DNA of 64,000 bases from Eledone cirrhosa (taxonomy: Eukaryota): contig OZ024744.1 in assembly GCA_964016885.1 (NCBI GenBank), positions 53,320,001 to 53,384,000 of the forward strand, given 5' to 3'. A model generated the notes under the pieces. It had not been told where the DNA came from. It saw only the letters and a program-made list of their open reading frames with translations, and made no database searches. The translations under genes were made by a program, and so were the position numbers. Below, piece after piece: positions 1-13,069 of this stretch. Within the stretch, counting starts at the first letter, position 1. Each line of letters starts with the position of its first letter.

Positions 1-3000
1 AGAAACAAAAGAAAAAAATAAACTATCTCGCGATATCGAAATGAATTCACCCAAAATGAACTCTTCCACACCAGAACTGAAACTAAAATTAACAATAACA
101 AAAATAACGATAACAACAACAGCAACAATGAGAATAAGTAAACCCTATCTTTTGCCAGAGTAGCAAAAAAGTGCGAAGCAATCCAGGTAACTCAGGAGGA
201 ATTAGAAGAAGCCAAAAGAATGGTAAGGAAAGATGGGTACAGGGTCAGCCCCCCCCCCCCACATACACACCTAATAAAATGCAGCAACGGCGCCTATGCA
301 CCGTGTCTTATCGAACGATTAACATAACATCGCGCCAAATGGAACAGGAGTCCCAAATACAAAAAGCTTTGGGACATGTGTGGGCAAAAAAACCCACATC
401 GGACGTGGGCAGAAATATGGAACCGTGGACGTGTTTTTTGAAATACCACAGGAGGCCAGAGAACACTCCACACTCGTCCCAAGCTATTGTGGCCAGAGAC
501 TCGTGAAGATCAGGGTGATCCACGTTCCACTGGCCATAGAAATTCCCTGGCTAATAGCTGCCGTCCTCGCCGGCATCGAGGCCAACACCAAGATAATCGA
601 AATAGCGAAAGAAGTGCAGGAGAACTGGTCCGGATCTGGGATGGAGCTCCTGATCCAAGCGGACCAAAAAAGCATTGAGGAGATCCCAGAGGTAATAGAC
701 CTCACTGACGGTAGCCAGCTCACCGTAATCTTCCATGGCAGAAGGTCTAGTTGTGTCGTTTGTGGTGAAGGAACCCACCTAAGGGTTTTTGCCATCAGGC
801 TAAAATGTTGAGGCCACTTCTCTTACCCACCCCAGTGACAACAACCCAAATGTTCACACCACCTCCTCACTTGCATCACACAGAAACGTACACGACACTA
901 AAACCAAAATTCCCAAAAGACATCGGAGACTTCCGACAAGCACTCTCCAGGAGGATTTATAAGGACATCCTTCCAGAGGAGGCCACAAGCAGTGAAAAGG
1001 ATGGACAAACCTTCCTTTCTCTAGGAGAAGTAAGCTAAGTGGTCTTTCCAATCTTTTCCACTCCATTTAAACATGACCTCACTCAGAATAGGCAGCATAA
1101 ACGCCGTGGCTTGGGGTCGTCATGGAAGCAGAGCCACCTGCTCAGCGACCTCAGGTGACTAAACATAGATGTAGTGGCCATCAGCGAGACCAGAATCTCC
1201 GAAGCACGGGCCTTCGAACCGATCTTCGGTGGCTACGATGTGTACGCATCTCCCAGCCGTCCTGGATCGGGGGGAGGAATTGCTGTGCTTTTTTGGAGAG
1301 GTTTGGATCTCGCCATACGGGCCATCTTCTTGGACCCAGAAGGTAAGTTGGTGGTGCCGGACGTGACCAGCGGAGACGGGCAAGCTTTCAGCGTAGTGGC
1401 CGTCTGTGTCCCGACAGGAGCAGGGCGGCCTGATTTCTTCCGGCGTCTGGAGAACTTTCTTGGAACGTGCCGCACTTTAGTGTTAGTGGGCGACTGAAAC
1501 GGGCTCTTAAATGGACGCTAGGACTGTGTGGGATTAGCGGATAGGGGTGGAGGGTGCAAGAGCCTCACCAACCTGCTCAGGCGTTTTGAAGAGTCTGACA
1601 GGTACCGATTTGATTTCCCGAATGTTCCAATGTGGACTTGGACAAATCGCATAGGGTCATCCAGATCATATCTAGATAGAGTATTTTGGGGGAAATAGAT
1701 AGGTCTAACATAGGCTGTCCACAATTCAAGATAGTCAGCTACACGGACCACAAATTCGTGATCTGTGTGCTTGATTTAGATAGGCTTCATAGACGAGGAC
1801 CCTGCTTCTGGAAGCTAAATTCGTCCTTAGCAGCGCGCAAGGCCTACAGAGACGGATTAGCGAACTAGTTAAGCGGGCGTTGACGGGGCCATCGTCAACA
1901 AGTGGTGGTTTGCTCTGAAAAGAGTGATTAGAATAGAGTCCATTAGGTTTAGCAAAGCTTTAGCAATAGAGAAAAATAGAGCAGTTAAAAAATTAAACGA
2001 GGCGCTTAGCAAAGGCATCGCGACCGACGTACTTGCGGCGAAATTGGCCCTTGACCAATTCTTCAATGCAAAGCACGAAGGATGCGTTGTCAGAGCTAGG
2101 GTGCGTGCTCTCAGTCACGAGGGGACGAAAGCCGTTCAATGGGCCCGAGTGGCGGAGGCGCGTCGTGGAAACAAAGGCACGATCCGGTCTTTGGTGGACC
2201 ACGACGGGCGCATGCTACTCGATCACGGGCAAATGTGTGAAGCTTTTCAGCGACAATTTGCACAGCTGTTCGGGAGCAGCTGCGGGCCGGATCTGAGGCG
2301 GAGTGTTGCCAAAAGCCGATAACAGCCGCTGAAGTACGGGAGGCAATGACTGGCTGCACAAGGGGTAAATCGCCTGGTTTGGATGGTCTACCCTATGAAA
2401 TTTACGTACGGATGCTAGACTTGTTCGGAGGCCTCTTGGCGGACGTCTACCAAGGATGTCCCCTCTCGTCTCTCTTGTACGTAGTATTGACTCTCGAGCC
2501 ATCGCTGCACAAACTGGATACTTTGAGGGGGGTCCCGCACGAACTAGGATGCGGAAGATCCATGTCAGCATATGCGGACGATTTCACCGTAGTGGTGTCG
2601 AACGCCAAACACATCGAGGCGATCGGCACTACACTAAGATAATACGAAGCGGTGACAGGAGCAATGATCAACCAGGAAAAGTCAGTGGGCCTGCAGCTCG
2701 GCACCTAGAGAGGCAGGTCCATGCCGTCCAACAGCGTCGTCGGACGCTGGACAGACGGACCGGTTAAATTGCTAGGGGTCTGGTTCGGTCCGGACCTCCA
2801 GATGGTCAAAAACTGGGACGAGGTGACGAGCAGGGTGAATTCTCTCACCCAGAAATGTGCGGAGAGGAAGCTATCCCTAAAAGGACGAGCGGAGGTGGCT
2901 AACGCGTACATCGCGTCTGTCATCTGCTACCGCCTGACCGTCGTACCTTGTCCTACGCCTCGCCTGACTGCGCTGGAGCGTTTGCTCTTTCGCTTTATAT

Positions 3001-4162
3001 GGAAGGGACGCGCTCCGTTGGTCAGGCGGTCCATCTGCTGTCAACACCCGCTACGTAGAGGGCTGGGCATGCCGTGACTGATGATGCGCAGACACGCGCT
3101 CAGGCTACGACATCTCCACCTCTTCCTCGACGATGATCAGGTGTGGTCGCTGTTTGCTAGACACGTATTTCCCCAGCTCGTTTCCTTGACGGAGCTGCAG
3201 TCCTGGGCCATGCGAAGACCGAGAGGGAGCGCTCACAGCCCTCGACCAATCGGGCAATGTGATCGGTGGAAACTCCACCTCGACGTTTTATAGAGGATGA
3301 GTGGAGGGGAAGAGCGACGACGTACTTGGGGAAACTCTAGGCGTCGACGAAAATCAACTAGCCAATCTCTTCGGAAGGACTTTCGGGCCGGGGCCTATGG
3401 ACAACTTCCAGAAATCCCTGGCCTGGCAGTGCTACCGAGGAGCTTTGCCAGTTCGGGATAAACTCTACAGGCATGGAGGTGCCGCCAGCCGGGCATGTCC
3501 GAGATGCGCGCAGGATGACGAAAGCGTTCTGCACGCACTCGTCCAGTGTCCGAGCATTGCTGACTTTTGGGTTTATGTCGAACACCTGCTGTCACGTGTA
3601 GGACGGATCCAGCTATCAGCTGAGTCCATTGTGAGGATTGCGCCGCTCTCTTCCTTTAGCCGGGAAGGGCAGGCAGTTTTTATCTGCCTGGTGGCCATGG
3701 CGAAAGAGATAGTATGGTGGACACGTTTGAAAGGGCTGAAGACGAGCACTTACCTCTTCGGTGATGCCCTGAGTAACTTTTTCATATTTCATTTGAAAAG
3801 GAAAATCAGGGTAGAGAGTGAAGTGCTCTCTTCCCAGCATTTTGTTGGAAGATGGGTGAGAGAAGCAAGAATGGCCCGAGTGAATGGGCCTACTCTGAGT
3901 ATGTGTCTGTAAATTAAAGGTGGAAAACTGGGAGAGAGCACTTGCCCTGGTGGTCAGGGTCACTGTGGTCTTTTAATGAGCTTTCTCCACAAATGTCCCT
4001 CGGCAGTATCCCCCCTATTGGGGAATTTTTCATTGTTATTTTTTATTACATCCTCTTGTTTTGGGTTTTTTACACGCATAAATGCCCATTTGTACCGTCC
4101 TGTATTGTCCTGTACTGTCCTTAATGTCTACTTTATGTAAACCCTTGTAGTTAATAGAGAAG

Positions 4163-4163
<1 letters not shown>
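1..4163 (+). mobile_element. Tx1/L1-clade non-LTR retrotransposon, family Tx1-A, copy 1 (degenerate; 5' end outside the window)
   Basis: ORF1 remnants (380-811, CVVCGEGTH knuckle). APE pieces (AISET, LVGD, YTDH). RT remnant GCPLSSLLY...AYADD with the RT core deleted near 2450. C-terminal CPRC..LHALVQC in ORF 3301-3912. The 3' UTR ends AATAGAGAAGC followed by (ATT)n. Collinear with 30732-36437. Confidence 0.93.
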
Positions 4164-4211
<48 letters not shown>

Positions 4212-4218
4212 GTTATTA
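4164..4218 (+). repeat. (ATT)n microsatellite junction between tail-to-tail Tx1-A and Dong-A
   Basis: Direct reading of the sequence. Confidence 0.97.
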
Positions 4219-6830
4219 CTCTTTGAGTCTCAGTCATTGATGTTAGTTAACTGGAAAGTTTGTTGAGATGAATATCAAGCCACTACCTGCAGCCTCAGAT
4301 ATTCAGGGTGTATCGGAGGGTTCTTGCTGTTCCCAGCAAGCATGCCTTTTGAAGCATTCCAAAAAGCGTGAAGGGGCCAATTTTCTTTAACCATCCCTGG
4401 AAACTTTTTGAGATAGTCCCTAGTGCGCCTATGACAATCGGGATCACTTTGACTTCATGGCAGTTCCAAATCCTTTTTACCTCCCACTTTAAGTCCTGAT
4501 ATCGGTTAATTTCCTCCCTCTCCTTCTCTTGCACTCTCGTGTCGAATGGGCAGGCCACATCCACAATCAGGCACGATCTTTTTTCTGTGTCCAAAACCAC
4601 CAGGTCAGGTCTATTGTGTTCCAGTTTCTTGTCCGTCTGTATCCTAAAATCCCACAGCACCTTCACCTGATCATTTTCTATCACCGCCTCTGGCTTATGC
4701 TCATACCACTTCTCAGAATGTGGTAAATTGTTTACTCTGCATAGGTGCCAATGGATCACCCTGCCCATCACATCATGTCTCCAGCCTTTATAGTGAGTCT
4801 GGGCTAGGTGTTTACACTCGGATACAATGTGAGCCACAGTCTCCTCACTCTCTCCACAGATCCTGCACAGTGGGCTAGCCTCCTCCTTGTAAATGTGGTG
4901 TTTCAACCACTTCGTTTTGAGGGCTTGCTCCTGCGCAGCCATTAACATTCCTTCTGTAGCCTTTTTAAGGTCTCCTCTTTTCAACCAGTTCCATGTCTGT
5001 GGATCTCTAAATTCAGTTTTCTCAAAGAAGGTACTATGAAGGGATTTTTCATGAAGGCTGCTCTTCCTCCTTGATGTTATTTCCTCCTTGGACATCCCCT
5101 GGCCTATTGTCCCCTCCTTCGGTACAGCTCTGAGCATTGGCTCCTTACTATCAGTCACGTATTTGTGTAGGTTGTTTTTCTCCATCTGAACACAGTCCTC
5201 TATGCTGATAAGACCTCTTCCACCCTCAGATCTCCTTAAGTAGAGTCTATCGACATCACTCCTCTTGTGTAACATATTGTAGATAGTCAGTAGCTTCCTA
5301 GTCTTCCTATCCATTTATTTTTGTTCAGCAACATTCCATCTCAGAATTCCCGCACTGTACCTAATAATAGACACAGCTCGGGAATTTACTGCACTCATGG
5401 CATTCCTACTGTTCAGATGTGACTTTAATACGCTCCTTACTCTCCGACGGTATTCAGTTCTTATCAATTCCTTCATTTTTTTGTTATTGATGTCATCAGC
5501 CTCCAGAACGCCCAAATACTTGTATCCTTCTTCAGAGTCAATTTCTTTTTTCATCTCACCTGTTGCTATCTGGATTCCGTTACTTCTGCTCAACTTAGCC
5601 CTCCTAATCACAATGACTCCACACTGACTAATACCAAATTGCATACATATATCATTGCTGAAAATACGGACAGTGTCAACAAGCACATCCAACTCCTTCT
5701 CACTCTTCCCGAAGAGCTTAAGATCGTCCATGAAGAGGAGGTGATTGATGGTAAGCCCTCCCTTTCCCAACCTGTATCCTGCTCTCACCTTTCGCAGTAC
5801 AGTGGTCAGGAGCATCAGGGCAAGGACAAACAATAGAGGGGACAGACTATCTCCCTGGAAGATACCTCTCTTGATCTTCAAGCTTCCCAAGGATTCTCCA
5901 GTTGATGTCAACTCTGTTTCCCAGGACTTCATACTTTTGCCCAACAACTGTCTAATGTTATCTGCCACCTTGAAAATCTCTAGGCTTTTGGTCATCCAAG
6001 AATCAGGCACCATGTCAAATGCCTTTTTGTAGTCTATCCATCCCATGGCAAGACCAGTGTGTCTCCTCTTGCAATACCTCATTACCATCTTATCAATAAG
6101 TAACTGGTCCTTTTTACCACGGGACTTCTTTCGGCATCCTTTCTGTTCGTCCGGTAACAAGTTGTTTGTGTGCAGGTGATGGTAGATTTCCTCAGACACA
6201 ATGCTTGTCAACAGTTTCCACATTACGGACAGACATGTAATAGGTCTATAGTTGGTAATATCATTACCCTTGATTCGGTCTTTTATTATCAGAACTGTGG
6301 TACCTTTTGTCAACCACTCTTGTACCTCACCTGACATCAAGCAGTCATTGAACATGGTTGTTAGTTTCGGGTGGAGGGATGTTATGTTTTTAATCCAATA
6401 CCCCTGCACACCATCTGGGCCAGGTGATTTCCAGTTGGTTAGTTTTTTGGCCTGCCCCTTAAGAGTTTCAACTGTGATACTCAAATCAGTTTGTTGGCGT
6501 GCCTGTTCACTGATCTCCTTCTGTACTGTCTCAATCCACACTGCCTGGTCATTATGTTTAACATCCTGCTCCCATATTCCTCTCCAGAATGTTTTAGTTT
6601 GTACCGCCCCAGGGATGAAGTCGTTGCCTCTTTCTTTCCCTTCAAGCTGTCCAAACAGCATCTTCTGGTTGTTGTCGAACATGCGGTTCTGTCTATACTG
6701 GCTGACTCTGTTCTCGTATCGCCTGATTTTTGCACTTTTTGCTACAATGCGTTGCTTCAGTTCCTCTATGATAATATTTAGGTTTTTCCTCCTAGTTTTG
6801 TACTTTATTTCCAGTCTATTTTTAGTGTCT
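4219..6830 (-). mobile_element. R4/Dong-like RLE non-LTR retrotransposon, family Dong-A, 5'-truncated, with an in-frame stop
   Basis: ORFs 5315-6682 and 4295-5314 are in frame, separated by one stop. Motifs [57 protein letters not shown]. (ATT)n on both sides. Confidence 0.95.
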
Positions 6831-6849
6831 ATTATTATTATTATTATTA

Positions 6850-9800
6850 CAGATGCATTTATCTTGCTTTATGTTCATACGAGTTATCACCAAGTCACAA
6901 CCAGTGACCTCAAGAGACAACAAGGTCCGCCATGTTCAAGAAAGAACATACATATTCACACATGCATCTTTAGTGTTTAGACTTGTGATGTACTTATATT
7001 GACAGAATCTTCCTTAGTATATGGGCAGTTCCCATTAGTACTATCTTTTGTATTTCTCCTATACGCGGGTTTCCTGGGATTTGCGATAACTAGTCATTAG
7101 ACCCCTTAGGTATCATTCCCAGAGCGCCTACAACCACTGGTATTGTTTTAGTTCTCAATTTCCACATTTTTCCAATTTCTATCTCCAGGTCCTTATACTT
7201 GCTCAATTTTTCAAATGTTTTTATAGGTACATTCTTGTCTATTGGAACAGACATATCAATTAGCAGGCATACCCTCTTTTGAAAGTCCTTCAATATTATA
7301 TCAGGTCAATTTGCATCTATTTTTCGGTCTGTTTGGATGCTAAAGTTCCACAAGATTGAAATGTGATCTTTTTCAAGTATGGGAGGTGGTTGATGCTCCC
7401 ACCAATTCTTTTGATGGGGCAGGTCAAAATGCTTACACATTATCCAATGTATGTATTGTGCAGCTCTGTCATGCCTGTTTAGGTATTCGGTTGGAGCTAT
7501 AGGACTGCACATTGAAATTATATGGTCAATGGTCTCTGGTTGTTTTTTGCATACACGGCATAATGGGCTGCACCCATTTTTTATTATGTTGGCTTGGTAA
7601 TTTTTTGTTGGCAGACACTGATCTTGTGCGGATATAATCAGTCCTTCAGTCTCCGATTTCAGTCCAGAGGATGCCAACCACTGATGGGTTAAAGTTTTGT
7701 CAACATCAGGATTGTTAGCTCGCTCTGGGTATTTTCCATACAGAGGCTTTTCTTGCCATTTCTTAGCCAGTTTCTGTAGCAGTTCTTTCTTTGCAGTTAC
7801 TTTTACCTGCTTTGCTTTTTCTGTGTTTTCCATTTCAGCAGTAAATGGGACTTCTGAAATTTGTAGTCCATTACTGTATCTTTGTGCATCTTTTGTAATG
7901 GAATATGATCTTTTGATGCTTTCGTGTTTCAAAACGAGTTTGATCATCCAATCATGTGATTCCCTTAGATATGTAGATAATCCAATTGTTGCAGTTTTCA
8001 ACGCAATGTCTAACTGGATTAACCCACGTCCTCTTTCTTTCCTAGGGAGATATATTCTATCTATATCTGCCTTAGGGTGATGCATTCTGTGCATGGTTAA
8101 GAATTTTCGAATTTTTGTATCGAGCCTACGGATCTCTGTGCTTGACAAGTTGATGACATTGTAACTGTAGGTTACTACTGGTATGGCAAGCGTGTTTATG
8201 GCATAAATCCTATTCCTTGCATTCAATTCCGTTCTTAAGATTGCTCTTACTCTGCGGTAACATTCCTTCCTTATCCTTTCCCTCATTGTCGAGTGCTTGA
8301 TTCCGTCTCCTTCACAAACACCTAGATATTTGTAAGTTTTTTCTTGATCAAGTTCTCTTATCATGTTCCCCCGATCAAGATTAATGTCTGAACTCTTCAG
8401 CAGCTTTCCTCTGGTGAACGTTGCTTTGGCGCATTTATCTAGTCCAAACTCCATTTTAATGTCATCACTGAACTGCTTCACAGTGGATAATAGCCCTTGC
8501 AATTGTTCATCATTTTTTGCAAATAGTTTCAGGTCATCCATGTAGAACAGGTGATTAATGGTTTTGTCATAGACTTTATATCCATGTTTTGTTTCATTGA
8601 GCATTTTACTTAATGGTATAAGCGCGATGCAGAATAAAAGCGGTGATAAAGAGTCACCCTGAAAAATTCCACAATTAATATTAACTTCTCCAGCTTCCAG
8701 TGATTTTGTTTCACTATTCAAAATGAGTGTCGTTTTCCATGTCTTCATACTGAATGACAAAAACCTCCTGACAACGGGGGATATTTTGAAAATCTCAAAA
8801 CATTTTTCAATCCAACTGTGTGGCAAACTATCGAATGCTTTTTTATAATCTATCCAAGCAATCGATAGATTTTTGTGTCTATTATGACAATCTTCCAGTA
8901 TCATTTTGTTAACCAGAAGCTGATCCTTACAGCCATATGAGCCTCGTTTACACCCTTTCTGCTCAATGGGAAATAGGTCATTTGTTATCAGGTGGTCATA
9001 TGTGTATTCAGTTAGGACTGATGTTAAAATTTTATTCATTGTGGTCAAGCAAGTTATCGGTCTGTAATTTTTGGGATTGTTTGTCTCATCATTCTTCGGA
9101 AGCAGGAATGTAATGCCGTTAATTAGCCATGATGGTATCTTTTCTGGCTCCTTAACTATTACATTGTAAAGCTGGGCTAACAGCTCATGAGACTCTGTGA
9201 AGGCATTTATCCAAAAGTTTTGTATTTTGTCTTTTCCTGGGGATTTCAATTTGCTGGTTTTTCTTAGAGCCAAGCGCAACTGTTCAACTGTTATATTTTC
9301 CCATGTTTGTTCCTCAAGGTGAGCTGTATCTTTCATTTGTCTGTCTGTCCATGGGGCATGTATGTTATGAACTTTTTCTTCGGCCCAGATCTTTTCCCAG
9401 AATTCTTGCACTTCCTCCTTGGGTGGTATTGATTTAGCAGTTATTGTTGACTTACCAATTTTTCTGTAGAAGTTTCTTTGGTTGTTTTTGAACATATTAT
9501 TGTCCTTATAGAATCTAGATCGTTTTTCAAGGCGCCTTATACGAGCAGCTTTGGCCGACACTTTTTGCTTGATTATTTCTATCAGCATGTCTATGTCACA
9601 TGTTGATTTTATACTGTACTTTTTTTTCAATTTTCTAAGTTTAGTTTGTTTAACATGTTCACCTACTTTATAGTTTGTTAAAATTTCTATGTCAGATCGG
9701 AGAAGGTTTATTTGGCGATTGATGTTCTCTTGCCAAGTAGATTTCTTGTGGGAATTCCTTTGTTTTTTCATCTTCACTCCACATAAGTGAGTGGTGACTT

Positions 9801-10231
9801 TAGCCGATGCATAATAGAGATGATTGAAATCAGTAATGTTTAGTTTGTTTGTGATGATAATGTTTTTGAGAATTATGTTAGTCTTGTGTATTATCTTTTG
9901 GTTCTGTTTGGAGTTCTGGATCTTAGGGAGGGTGTCTCGTTGCCCCATGTCAGATTCTTTCATTTTCATCCATTCGATCATAATTTCATCCTTCAAGTTG
10001 GCAAGTTCATTCTCATTCATTTCTTTATCATTTACGATCTCATTATTTTCATTTGGAGTTTCATCCTGAGCATGCACTCCCTCCACTTTTTCGATCCTTT
10101 CTTTAATTTGTTCTGTTGCCAGTGATTCCGCCCCAACCCTGGGATTCGAAGTGTTACAGTTTACCTCGTTTTCACTGACACATATTTCATTTTCCCTTCG
10201 CTGACTTTGTGCTAATAGCTTGATCTGATCA

Positions 10232-10234
<3 letters not shown>
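6850..10234 (-). mobile_element. R4/Dong-like element, family Dong-B, 5'-truncated
   Basis: 926-aa ORF 7306-10086 ([42 protein letters not shown]). A frameshift near 7306 is followed by the RLE tail to the stop at 6994. Distinct 3' UTR. ATT tracts at 6831-6849 and 10235-10283. Confidence 0.95.
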
Positions 10235-10274
<40 letters not shown>

Positions 10275-10283
10275 GTTGTTATT

Positions 10284-10982
10284 CCTTGAATCTCAGTCAT
10301 TGATGTTGGTTAACTGGAAAGTCCGTTGGAATGAATATCAAGCCACTACCTGCAGCCTCAGATATTCAGGACGTATCGGAGGGTTCTTGCTGTTCCAAGC
10401 AAGCATGCCTTTTGAAGCGTTCCAAAAAGCGTGAAGGGGCCGATTTTCTTTAACCATCCCTGGAAACTTTTGGAGATAGTCCCCAGTGCGCCTATGACAA
10501 TCGGGATCACTTTGACTTCATGGCAGTTCCAAATCCTTTTCACCTCCCACTTTAGGTCCTGGTATCGGTTAATTTTCTCCCTCTCCTTCTCTTGCACTCT
10601 CGTGTCGAACGGGCAGGCCACATCCACAATCAGACACGATCTTTTTTCTTTGTCCACAACCACCAGGTCAGGTCTATTGTGTTCCAGTTTTTTGTCCGTC
10701 TGTATCCTAAAATCCCACAGCATCTTCACCTGATTGTTCTCCATCACCGCCTCCGGCCTATGCTCATACCATTTCTCAGAATGTGGTAAATTGTTTACTT
10801 TGCACAGGTGCCAGTGGATCACCCTGCCCATCACATCATGTCTCCAGCCCTTATAGTGGGTCTGGGCTAGGTGTTTACACTCGGACACAATGTGAGCCAC
10901 AGTCTCCTCTCTCTCTCCACAGATCCTGCACAGTGGGCTAGCCTCCTCCTTGTAAATATGGTGCTTCAACCACTTCGTTTTT
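10284..10982 (-). mobile_element. Dong-A 3' fragment (zinc knuckle + RLE + 3' UTR)
   Basis: Near-identical to the 3' end of 36887-40444. ATT tracts on both sides. Confidence 0.95.
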
Positions 10983-11027
10983 ATTATTATTATTATTATT
11001 ATCATTATTATTATTATTATTATTATT

Positions 11028-12830
11028 TGCATTTATCTTGCTTTATGTTTATACGAGTTATCACCAAGTCACAACCAGTGACCTCAAGAGACAACAAGGT
11101 CCGCCATGTTCAAGAAAGAACACACATATTCACACATGCATCCTTAGTGTTTAGACTTGTGATGTACTTATATTGACAGGATCTTCCTTAGTATATGGGC
11201 AGTTCCCATTAGTACTATCTTTTGTATTTCTCCTATACGCGGGTTTCCTGGGATTTGCGATAAGTAGTCGTTAGACCCCTTAGGTATCATTCCCAGAGCG
11301 CCTACAACCACTGGTATTGTTTTAGTTCTCAATTTCCACATTTTTCCAATTTCTATCTCCAGGTCCTTATACTTGCTCAATTTTTCAAATGTTTTTATAG
11401 ATACATTCTTGTCTATTGGAACAGACATATCAATTAGCAGGCATACCCTCCTTTGAAAGTCCTTCAATATTATATCAGGTCTATTTGCATCTATTTTTCG
11501 GTCTGTTTGGATGCTAAAGTTCCACAAGATTGAGATGTGATCTTTTTCAAGTATGGGAGGTGGTTGATGCTCCCACCAATTCTTTTGATGGGGCAGGTCA
11601 AAATGCTTACACATTATCCAATGTATGTATTGTGCAGCTCTGTCATGCCTGTTTAGGTATTCGGTTGGAGCTATAGGACTGCACATTGAAATTATATGGT
11701 CAATGGTCTCTGGTTGTTTTTTGCATACACGGCATAATGGGCTGCACCCATTTTTTATTATGTTGGCTTGGTAATTTTTTGTTGGCAGACACTGATCTTG
11801 TGCGGATATAATCAGTCCTTCAGTCTCCGATTTCAGTCCAGAGGATGCCAACCACTGATGGGTTAAAGTTTTGTCAACATCAGGATTGTTAGCTCGCTCT
11901 GGGTATTTTCCATACAGAGGCTTTTCTTGCCATTTCTTAGCCAGTTTCTGTAGCAGTTCTTTCTTTGCAGTTACTTTTACCTGCTTTGCTTTTTCTGTGT
12001 TTTCCATTTCAGCAGTAAATGGGACTTCTGAAATTTGTAGTCCATTACTGTATCTTTGTGCATCTTTTGTAATGGAATATGATCTTTTGGTGCTTTCGTG
12101 TTTCAAAACGAGTTTGATCATCCAATCATGTGATTCCCTTAGATATGTGGATAATCCAATTGTTGCAGTTTTCAACGCAATGTCTAACTGGATTAACCCA
12201 CGTCCTCCTTCTTTCCTAGGGAGATATATTCTATCTATGTCTGCCTTAGGGTGATGCATTCTGTGCATGGTTAAGAATTTTCGGATTTTGGTATCGAGCC
12301 TACGGATCTCTCTGCTTGACCAGTTGATGACATTGTAACTGTAGGTTACTACTGGTATGGCAAGCGTGTTTATGGCATCGATCCTATTCCTTGCATTCAA
12401 TTCCGTTCTTAATATTGCTCTGACTCTGCGGTAACATTCCTTCCTTATCCTTTCCCTCATTGTCGAGTGCTTGATTCCGTCTCCTTCACAAACACCTAGA
12501 TATTTGTAAGTTTGTTCTTGATCAAGCTCTCTTATCACGTTCCCCCGATCAAGATTAATGTCTGAACTCTTCAGCAGCTTTCCTCTGATGAACGTGTCTT
12601 TGGCGTATTTGTCTAGTCCAAACTCCATTTTAATGTCCGCACTGAACTGCTCCACAGTGGATAATAGCCCTTGCCATTGCTCATCATTTTTTGCAAATAG
12701 TTTCAGGTCATCCATGTAGAATTAATGGTTTTGTCATAGACTCTATATCCATGTTTTGTTTCATTGAGCATTTTACTTAATGGTATAAGTGCGATGCTGA
12801 ATAAAAGCGGTGATAAAGAGTAACCCTGAA
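11028..12830 (-). mobile_element. Dong-B 5'-truncated copy
   Basis: 515-aa ORF 11168-12715 runs from MDD to the RLE C-terminus and is near-identical to 6850-8660. The 3' end abuts (ATT)n. Confidence 0.95.
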
Positions 12831-13069
12831 AAGTTTGGAACTCTTCCCCCGTTGATGGGCGTGAGCCCGAAATATTGGGATTAAATCTCCTCTACGGTAA
12901 CCCTTCTACCTTTGTTTTGTTTTCATTTTCATTTTCACTTTTCTCCTATTTCTCACTCACTTCTTACCTCGAGATTTCCCATCTGCATTGTTGTGGCTTT
13001 CTAAACTACATATTTTACACATTTCACAATGCTTCAAGCAAACTTTAACACCCTCTTATATATATATAT

